This document shows positions 9,893 to 18,118 of a stretch of 64,000 nucleotides of DNA, piece by piece. A program made the translations under genes and the position numbers. Position 1 is the first letter of the stretch, and every line of letters begins with the position of its first letter. The stretch is from Terriglobia bacterium (GTDB taxonomy: Bacteria > Acidobacteriota > Terriglobia > 20CM-2-55-15): contig OZ252023.1 of the NCBI GenBank assembly GCA_965247425.1, forward strand, positions 348,891 to 412,890, read 5' to 3'. The notes under the pieces were generated by a model that did not search any database, had not been told where the DNA came from, and saw nothing but the letters and a program-made list of their open reading frames with translations.

Positions 9893-11036
9893 CCCGGCCC
9901 ACCGTGGAGGTGGCCGACATCCTTCGCGCCGCGGGCAACGACTTTATCGACCGCCATCGAAAACGAATCCATTTTCAGCAGCTCAAGGTGATGCACGCCA
10001 TCCAGCATTGCCGCACAGCGGCTCTCGGCGGTCATATCGATGCCTGCTCACGATGTGGTGGCGATCGGGTCCTCTCCTATAACTCATGCCGTAATCGCGT
10101 TGGATCGCGGCCAGAGAACGAGAGCTTCTGGCAACACGATACTTCCATGTCGTGTTCACCCTGCCGCACCAATTGCATTCGCTCGTCCGACAGAACCAGG
10201 TCGAGCTCTACAACCTGCTGTTCCGCACTGTGGCCGAGACTCTTCTGGAGGTCGCTCGAAATCCCAAACATCTTGGCGCGAGAATCGGCTTCTTCCTCAT
10301 CCTGCACACGTGGGGTCAGAACGTGCTGTTTCATCCTCACATCCACTGCGTCATTCCCGCCGGAGGAATCGCACCGGGCCGTGCGCGTTGGATTCATCCG
10401 CGATACCCGTTCTTCCTACCTGTGAAGGTTCTGGGAAAACTATTCCGCGGCAAGTTCGTTGACGGATTGCAGAAGGCTTTTCGCAAGAAGAGCCTGACCT
10501 TCGCCGGACAGATCCAGCACCTTTCCGAACCGAAGCACTTTGCGGCTTTCTTGCGACCGTTATTCCGCCAAGATTGGGTCGTCTATGCGAAGCCGGCATT
10601 CGGCGGCCCCGAACAGGTTCTTCGATACCTCGGACGCTACACACACCGCGTCGCCATCTCCAATCATCGATTGCTTTCCTTCGACGGCAGCCATGTCACA
10701 TTCCGTTGGCGGGATTACTCTCGCGGTAACAAAGCAAGGACGATGACGGTTTCCGCCGCCGAGTTCATCCGCCGATTCCTGCTCCACGTACTGCCGAAAG
10801 GCTTTGTCCGCATCCGGCACTTCGGTTTCATGGCGAACTCCCAACGATCCGTATCCATGGAACTTTGTCATCGGTTATTGGGAATGGCGCCGGTCCCTCC
10901 TCCTGAGGAAGTCCCGTCAACCAGCTCCGCCTGGCTGTGTCCAATCTGTCATGCCCCGATGACCGTTATCGAGAGGCTCACTGCGACCGAACTCGCATGG
11001 AGATTCGCTTCGAAATGCTTTTTAGACACGTCGTAA
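9889..11036 (+). pseudogene. IS91-family (Y2 / rolling-circle type) transposase, disrupted by an out-of-frame deletion
   Basis: The N-terminal Zn-finger part (HCRTAALGGHIDACSRCG...SYNSCRNR) is in frame 1. The remainder (RWIAARERELLATRYFHVVFTLPHQ...HPHIHCVIPAGG...LGRYTHRVAISN) is in frame 3. The expected HCPKCQ segment is missing at about 10098. Confidence 0.8.
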
Positions 11037-11353
11037 CAGGGATTCCAAATCCATGCCTTCCAGACGTGCTGGTGCACGCCAACGCCCACGTGCGCCTTGA
11101 TGTCAAAAGTTCGTACCGATCGGGCCTGGACCTGCTCGGTGAACTCTCCAAAACGGACGATCGGCCGCCATACATTCATTGTCGCCGCCTGGCCACACTC
11201 GCTGGTCGAGTCTCACTCGTGAGAACTTCAACCCCCAACCCCGTACTTTCTCCATAGCCCACCGCGTTCGCCGCAAACGCCAGCGCCTTCCTTCAAACGT
11301 CGTTATCGAAAGTGCCCGAAGATCTCGTCACCACCACGCCTTATCGCTCGGCA

Positions 11354-11384
11354 CTCCCGATGAACGCTAAGCGTTTGTCGGGAG
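11354..11384. repeat. 15-bp-stem hairpin (function unknown; possible IS91 end structure or terminator)
   Basis: ctcccgatgaacgct-a-agcgtttgtcgggag. It forms a perfect stem if two G-U pairs are allowed. No U-tract follows. Confidence 0.4.
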
Positions 11385-11438
11385 CGACGTGTGAAAAGGT
11401 TGAGCGGCCCAAAAGCCCGAGTGGTAGTACGCAATACC

Positions 11439-11467
11439 TTGACACTCTACAGATGAACGTGTAGAGT
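11439..11467 (+). promoter_or_regulatory. sigma-70-type promoter overlapped by a 7-N8-7 palindrome; candidate PadR operator; near-leaderless
   Basis: TTGACA (11439-11444), 17 nt, TAGAGT (11462-11467), then 8 nt to the ATG at 11476. Perfect inverted repeat CTCTACA-N8-TGTAGAG at 11445-11466. Confidence 0.5.
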
Positions 11468-11475
11468 GCCGATGC

Positions 11476-11811
11476 ATGACTGCCAGCAAATCCGACTTGC
11501 TCCAGGGCACGCTCGACATGCTCATTTTGAAGGTGGTCGCCCGCGCAGCTATCCACGGCTACGGCATCGCCCAGCATATCCGGAAGATTTCCCGCGATGT
11601 TCTCCAAGTCCAGCAGGGCTCGCTCTATCCTGCACTCCACAAGCTTGAAAAGAAGAAGTGGCTCAAATCCGAGTGGCGGATGACTGAAACAGGCCGAGAG
11701 GCGAAGTTCTACCGTCTGACCGCTCTGGGAAGGAAGCAACTGGGCGCCGAGAAAGCCAACTGGAACCGTCTCTCCGAGGCGGTTGCCTTGATACTTCAGG
11801 AAGCAGAGTAG
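11476..11811 (+). CDS. PadR-family transcriptional regulator
   Basis: QGTLDMLILKVV...HGYGIAQHI...GSLYPALHKLEKKKWL...KFYRLTALGRKQL. Confidence 0.9.
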   Translation: MTASKSDLLQGTLDMLILKVVARAAIHGYGIAQHIRKISRDVLQVQQGSLYPALHKLEKKKWLKSEWRMTETGREAKFYRLTALGRKQLGAEKANWNRLSEAVALILQEAE

Positions 11812-11813
11812 CC

Positions 11814-14419
11814 ATGTGGGAACGTTTCCGGAGGCGGCGGGAGAACGAGCTCGAGAAGGAACTCCGTTTCCACATCGAGCAGCAGGTCGAGGACTACATC
11901 GATGAGGGGCTCTCCCCCGAAGACGCCGGCCGGAGGGCACGGTTGGAGTTCGGCGGTGTCATGCAGATCAAAGATGCCTGCCGTGACGCTTGGCCAATGC
12001 GTTGGTTCTCCGGCTTCCTGGAGGACCTTCGGATCGCCTCACGCCTCTTCCGGCGCAACCCTTCGTTCACTTTCGTGTGTGTCCTGACCCTCGGCCTTGG
12101 AATCGCGGCCAACACGACCGTCTTTACCGTCGCCAACGCTCTTGTCCTGAAAGGATTGCCGTTCGAGGATCCGGACCGGGTCGTGCACATCTACGAATTC
12201 GATCGATCGAGAGGCCCCGATTCCCAAAGTAGCGGGGTCTCCTATCCGGATTTCCTCGACTTCAGGGAGCAGACCCGATCTTTCAGCGGTCTGGCAATGT
12301 ACGGCATCGGCACCTACAACATCAGTGACGAGGTTTCCACGCCAGAACGCGTCGAGGGAAGCCGAATCACGCCTGGATTGTTTTCTGTGATCGGGTATCA
12401 ACCCTTGCGAGGTCGTAGTTTTATCGACGGGGAGGACCGGCCCGGTTCTGCGCCTGTCGTGATCATCAGCCACGGGCTGTGGCAGACGCGATATGGCGGC
12501 GTTCCAGACATCGTCGGGCGGAGTCTGAGGTCGAACGGGGTAGCCCACACGATCATTGGCGTCATGCCTGCCGGCATGAAGTTTCCCCTCCGTTCGGAGA
12601 TATGGCTACCGCGGACCGCCTCGACGGAACCGTCCGATCGCAGCATGCGAGAAGGCAACGGCGTCATCGCCCGGTTGCGCGACGGCATTTCAATTTCAGA
12701 GGCGCGTGCCGAGCTTCAGAATATTGCCGAGCAACTTCGAAGCGAATATCCGGGAACGAATCGCGACATCGACGTAACCCTGATCCCTTTCCTTGACCGA
12801 TTCAACGATCCCTCCAATGTTCCCGTGTTCGCGGCCCTGTTTGGCTCGGTCACTTTCGTTTTGTTGATCGTGTGCGCGAATCTCACGAGCCTGATGCTTG
12901 CCAGGGCGGTGCGTCGAACGCGCGAGACGGCCATTCGCATGGCCGTTGGAGCCATCCGGTGGCAAGTCATTCGAGAGTTTCTTACCGAGAGCGTGATCCT
13001 TTCCTTCCTCGGCGGCTGTCTTGGGTTCGGACTCGCTTCGATCGCGGTCTATTGGATTGCGGGAGAAATGGCGGGGGTGGGTCTCCCGTACTGGACCGAT
13101 TTCTCGATTGACTACCGTGTGGTTCTCCAACTTGTGACGGTTTGTTTCCTGACTGCCGGACTGGTCGGGGTAGCTCCCGCCCTGCAAGCGGCTCGAACCG
13201 ACGTACAGTCCCGTCTCAATGAGGGAGCGTTCGGACTCGGAGCCAGCCGAAGAACCCGCAGGCTCACGTCCCTTCTCATCACGATGGAAATTGCGCTGAC
13301 GTTCACCTTGCTCATCGGAGCAGGACTCATGATCCGCAACTTTCTGAACTTCCAGCTGCGAGATACAGGTATCCGAACCGAGGACATGTTGACGGCAACA
13401 CTGATTCTTCCCGCGACCGCCTATCCGGAAGCTTCCGATCGGATTCGATTTGAACAGGACCTCATGGCGCGGGTAGAGGCTCAGCCCGGTCTTCGGCCTG
13501 TCACGTTGGCATCCCATGCCCCGCTGACCGGCGCGCTGCGCGGGACAATCCGGATAGACGGCCTCCTGCTGGACTCTGTCAGGGTTCTCTCTGTCGCCCC
13601 CGGATATTTGATGCGCTTGGTATCGGGATTCGACGTGGGCGGGATTTTCGGGGAAACGAAGGGACGCCCGCTAATGGCGCGGCGATCGTTAACGAGATCT
13701 TCGTGGCACAACACTGGCCAGATGAGGAAGCTGTGGGACAACGACTCCGGTTTGGAGATGGGCCGCAGGCGCCGTCCTTGTCGGTGGTGGGAGTCGTCAG
13801 AGATGTCTCCGTGGCGATTGGCATCGAACCCATCGTTTACGTTCCCTATAGGCAGGAACCGGTCCCTGTCGTCGAGATCGTCTCGCGAAGCTCTCTGCCG
13901 AGGGATGCCGCCGTTCGAGCGCTCCGGTCCTCGGTTCAGGACATGGATCCGAACTTGCCGCTCTCTAGAATAAGAACGGTGGACGAGTTTCTATGGCGTC
14001 TCAGCGTGGGTAATCGCGTTCTGGGTTCTCTATTCAGCGTCTTTGCTCTGATCGCTCTTGTCATGTCGCTGGTGGGGATTTACGGGGTGACCGCATATTC
14101 GGTCAGCCAGCGCAGTCGCGAGATCGGCATTCGGATGGCTCTCGGCGCCAGTGGCCGTTCGGTCTTGTGGCTCGTTGCCGGTCGCGGCATCTGGCAGTCG
14201 GTGATCGGACTTACCGTTGGCCTGGTGGGCGCATGGGCTGTAGGCCGCATCATATTCAGCCGGATGATGTCCGGACTGCCCGGGCAGATTTCCTCGACGG
14301 ACACTCTGACCTTCCTGGTCGTTCCTGTCTTCCTCGCGCTCGTGACGCTCATCGCATGTTTGGGTCCCGCACGACATGTCGCGAAAGCCGATCCCGCAGT
14401 CGCCTTGCGAGTCCACTAG
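11814..14419 (+). pseudogene. ADOP-family (MacB-like, duplicated FtsX) permease with -1 frameshift
   Basis: Tracked ORF 11814..13973 carries the homologous sequence only up to ...VLSVAPGY. The expected continuation FDALGIGIRRGRDF...AAIVNEIFVAQHWPDEEAVGQRLRF is in the next frame, which runs into tracked ORF 13703..14419. The shift is at the T-run 13605-13609 (ggatatttgatg where ggatattttgatg is expected). Confidence 0.85.
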
Positions 14420-14439
14420 AATTATTCACGATCGAGGGG

Positions 14440-15007
14440 TCACCTTGCACCGTCATCCACAAGTCGTTTTGCAAAGTGGATGCCTGGTTTGCCCAGCCCC
14501 TCTTCGTCCGGCATCACCCCCACGATCGAAAATCCCGCCTTTACCCAAAAGTTGATCGCATGATCCGGCGGCGCATCGAAGTCGTCTAGCTAGAGCGCTT
14601 GCGGGATTCTTATAAAGGTCGATGTCCGAGAAGCTCGTAGAACCTGTTTCGTCGCTCGTGCCTGCCCACATCGCAACCGCGCCACCGGCTCTCGCAAGCT
14701 GTGCGACATCGTTAATCAGCATCGCTCCATACCCCTTTCGTTGTTCTTTCGGTGACACCGCAATTGGATGGATTTCCCAGACATTGTCATCAATTATCGT
14801 GCTGACCCATCCAAGCGCCCTGCCGTCGCCATCGATAAGAACTCTGCTCCGTCGACCCGGCTCAAAGGACTCCTGAACTTCTTCCTTGCACGACTCCAAG
14901 TCGGGTAGCCATTCCGGCGCGTATTTCCTGAAGCACTTGAACAGGAATTCGGCGATCTGATCTATTCGATCACCATCACTGTCTCTTAGATCGACGATAC
15001 TCACCAT
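14440..15007 (-). pseudogene. GNAT N-acetyltransferase (AAC(6')-Ii-like C-terminus), frameshifted by a 4-bp CTAG duplication
   Basis: The ORF frame is GNAT-like up to ...DLYKNPASAL. Removing one CTAG from CTAGCTAG (14586-14593) restores DDFDAPPDHAINFWVKAGFSIVGVMPDEEGLGKPGIHFAKRLVDDGAR-stop, with the stop at 14440-14442. Confidence 0.8.
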
Positions 15008-15035
15008 AAAAATTTAATGAACTGCGGCGACAGGG

Positions 15036-17678
15036 CTAGTCGTGACGCAGTGCCACCATCGGATCGAGACCTGCTGCGCGGCGAGCGGGAAGGTAGGACG
15101 CGAGCAACGCGACCAACACCAAGACTATTGGCGCGCCTGCGATCGTAACCGGATCATACGGCGACACTCCGACCAACTGCGACTGCAAAATTCGATTTAC
15201 AGCGAGCGATGCCGCCAAGCCAAGGATCATACCAATCGTCACCGGCAACATGCCATCGCGAAGCACCATCCTGCGGATGTCCCGAGCGGCCGCGCCAATT
15301 GCAATGCGAACGCCGAATTCTTTCGTGCGTTGGCTCATCGAATGCGCTATCACGGCATAGAGCCCGATGGCGGCCAGCAGCAGGGCAACCACGGCGAAGA
15401 TGGGCGCCACCGCCGAATGCTTTCCCAACTCGGCATGCTCGAGATCCATGCGGTCGCGATCAAATTCGAAGCTGGCTTTCAAAGTGGTGAAATCTTCCAA
15501 GGTCAGACCGGAATCCAGCTTCTGGATCTCAGCTCGAACGGCTTGTGCCACTTGGCCTGGCACGCCCGCTCGAGCGAGAAAGAACGAACGACGTCCCGGC
15601 GATGCTTGCCGGAAAGGTACGTAGATCAGAGGTTTGAAATACTGCCGGGTCGGTTCTCCCTGCATGATATTCGAGACGACGCCCACCACGATCCGCCATT
15701 CCCTGTCCATCGCGCGCAGGCGCTTGCCAAGCGGTTGTTCGCCGGGCCAGAACTCGGCGGCAAAGCTTTGGTTCACAATGGCGACCAGCAACGCCGCCGC
15801 ATCATCTCCGTCGTTGAAGTAGCGGCCGGATATCGCGGAAGCTCCCACCACTCGGAAGTAGTCCGATCCGACCCTTAAGAACTGGGCAATCTCGCTGCTG
15901 TCCGGTGTGCTGGGTCTTCCCTCTATCTCAAACGCCCGACTACCCGTATTATCCACGGGAAGGAGGCTGGACACGGCCCCATACTCGATTCCAGGAATGC
16001 TCCTCAATTGCGTTTCGAGCCGCTCGAAATACCCAAGCCTTGTTTCGGAGATCGGGTACTTGTCGGATGGCAACATCACCGATCCAACCAGTATGTTTTC
16101 GGACTCTCGTACGCCGGTCTCGGCGTTTACAACGTTCAAGACGCTCCGCACCAGGACGCCGGCTCCCGATAGCAGCACCATGGCCAGAGCCATCTGGACC
16201 GCAACCAGGACCGTCGCCAAACGTTGGCCACGCGGACCCCGCGTTACGCCGCGGCCGGCGCCTTCGAGCGCGCTGTTCGAGCCGAGCCGCCAAACGCTGC
16301 CAATCGGAGCGAGAGAAAACAAGAGCGCTGCCGCAACTGAAATCGCCACCGCGTACGTCAGCGTGCCGGAATCCACCGTGTAGTCGAGTATTTGGTAAAT
16401 GGATGCGGTTGCCACAGCAAACGTGCGCACACCCCATTTAGCAATCCAGTAGCCGAGCGCTCCAGCGACGCTCGCAATCGTCAGGCTTTCCACTATGATC
16501 TGGCGTATCATTCGCCAGCGGCCCGCGCCGAGCGCAATCCGGGTCGAAAACTCGCGCCACCGCCCGGTGGTTCGCGCCAGCGTCAGATTGGCCAGGTTGG
16601 CGCAGGCGATTAGTAAGATGAACCACGCCGCCGCCCAAAGTGAGCCGTAAATTATGGGCGCATCCGGACTCACAAAAACCTCCGAATGGGTGTTCACCGT
16701 TGGGAAGACACCCCGATTCGTGGCCGGATAGGCCGCTTCCAGGCGACGGTTGATGAACCCGAGTTCCGTGCGAGCGTCTTCGACGTCTGCGCCGTCCCGC
16801 AGTCGCCCAAACGCAAACCAGCTTCCAGGAGTGTAGCCCCTCTGGTTCAACTCAGAGGTGTGGGCCAACGGCATCCACAGGTCCTGTTTCATCGCAAAGT
16901 CGAAACCCTCGGGCATCACGCCGATAATGGTGGCGGGTTCTCTGTCGATGGAAGTCCCCGGCGCTCTGTTGATATCGACGGTCAAGCCCACAATTTCTGG
17001 GCGCTTGCCAAACCAGCTCTCCCAGAAGTCGTAGCTCAGAATTGCAACCGGCGCGGCTCCGGGGACTTCATCCGTCGGCATGAAGTCTCGCCCCAGCATT
17101 GGCCCCACGCCCAGCAGATCAAACGTGTTGGTGCTCACTGTGGCCGTGGATATGTCTATCGAGCGTCCATCGCCGTCGCGGAAGTTGATGGTCCTGGTTG
17201 CCACATAGGCCATGCCTTCAAACGCCGGCGCCTGCGAGCGCCAATCCTCGAAGTCCGGGTAGGACATGACACCCCTCCCTGACGTATGGCGCTCCTGCAT
17301 ATAAACCAGCCGGTCGCTCCCCTGGACGAGCGGCGGACCCCGAAACAGCATCGTGTTCATGACCGAAAATCCTGCGACATTCAACCCGATGGCGAGCGCA
17401 AGTGTTCCGATCGAGATCAGCGCGAATCCGGGGCTACGCCGTAGTCCGCGTAGGGCATAGTGAACGTCTTGAGTTATGTCGGCCAGCCAGGTCAGCCGCC
17501 TGGTGTCGCGAATCTCCTCCTTGGCGAGTGCAACCGCCCCGAATTCGCGGAGGGCTCGGAGGCGCGCTTCCTTCCGGTTCATTCCCGAGGCGATAAGGTC
17601 CTTGACCGCTTGCTCCAGATGAAACCGAATCTCTTTGTCCATGCCAGCCTCGAAGCCGGGCTTTCGTCTCTTGGCCAT
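15036..17678 (-). CDS. ADOP-family permease with N-terminal prefix domain (type A)
   Basis: 880 aa. Prefix MDKEIRFHLEQAVKDLIASGMNRKEARLRALREFG, then ITQDVHYALRGLRRSPGFA, two FtsX-like TM blocks, and C-terminal YLPARRAAGLDPMVALRHD. Confidence 0.9.
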   Translation of the reverse strand: MAKRRKPGFEAGMDKEIRFHLEQAVKDLIASGMNRKEARLRALREFGAVALAKEEIRDTRRLTWLADITQDVHYALRGLRRSPGFALISIGTLALAIGLNVAGFSVMNTMLFRGPPLVQGSDRLVYMQERHTSGRGVMSYPDFEDWRSQAPAFEGMAYVATRTINFRDGDGRSIDISTATVSTNTFDLLGVGPMLGRDFMPTDEVPGAAPVAILSYDFWESWFGKRPEIVGLTVDINRAPGTSIDREPATIIGVMPEGFDFAMKQDLWMPLAHTSELNQRGYTPGSWFAFGRLRDGADVEDARTELGFINRRLEAAYPATNRGVFPTVNTHSEVFVSPDAPIIYGSLWAAAWFILLIACANLANLTLARTTGRWREFSTRIALGAGRWRMIRQIIVESLTIASVAGALGYWIAKWGVRTFAVATASIYQILDYTVDSGTLTYAVAISVAAALLFSLAPIGSVWRLGSNSALEGAGRGVTRGPRGQRLATVLVAVQMALAMVLLSGAGVLVRSVLNVVNAETGVRESENILVGSVMLPSDKYPISETRLGYFERLETQLRSIPGIEYGAVSSLLPVDNTGSRAFEIEGRPSTPDSSEIAQFLRVGSDYFRVVGASAISGRYFNDGDDAAALLVAIVNQSFAAEFWPGEQPLGKRLRAMDREWRIVVGVVSNIMQGEPTRQYFKPLIYVPFRQASPGRRSFFLARAGVPGQVAQAVRAEIQKLDSGLTLEDFTTLKASFEFDRDRMDLEHAELGKHSAVAPIFAVVALLLAAIGLYAVIAHSMSQRTKEFGVRIAIGAAARDIRRMVLRDGMLPVTIGMILGLAASLAVNRILQSQLVGVSPYDPVTIAGAPIVLVLVALLASYLPARRAAGLDPMVALRHD

Positions 17679-17681
17679 CTT

Positions 17682-18035
17682 TCAAGTCTCGCCTTCGAGG
17701 ATGAGACCGATTGCGCCGACCAGTCGCTTCCAGCCTTCGGTCTCAGAGGTCAGTGTCTGGCGGCCAAGTTTTGTAATCGTGTAGTACTTGGCTTCATGAC
17801 CGCTCTCGTTGGTCCTCCAGGCCGAGGCCAGCAGACCGCGCTCTTCCATGCGGTACAGCGCCGGATATAGCGACCCCTGGCGGACCTGCAGAGCGTCACG
17901 GGACATCTGCTGAATGCGCCCGACGATTCCGTAGCCGTGCATGGGCTCCAGGGCGACGACCTTCAGGACCAACATTTCAAGAGTGCCCTGCAGCAAACGG
18001 GCTTCTGCTGAGCGAGGTTGATCTTGCCTAGGCAT
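17682..18035 (-). CDS. PadR-family transcriptional regulator
   Basis: QGTLEMLVLKVV...HGYGIVGRI...GSLYPALYRMEERGLL...KYYTITKLGRQTL. Lies 3 nt upstream of the permease start. Confidence 0.9.
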   Translation of the reverse strand: MPRQDQPRSAEARLLQGTLEMLVLKVVALEPMHGYGIVGRIQQMSRDALQVRQGSLYPALYRMEERGLLASAWRTNESGHEAKYYTITKLGRQTLTSETEGWKRLVGAIGLILEGET

Positions 18036-18118
18036 TCTAGGTGCAGTCTCCGATGGAATGCCTAGAGCGTCAAGGCATATTTGACGGTTACCGGCGATCT
18101 ATGTTGATGCTTTGAAAG

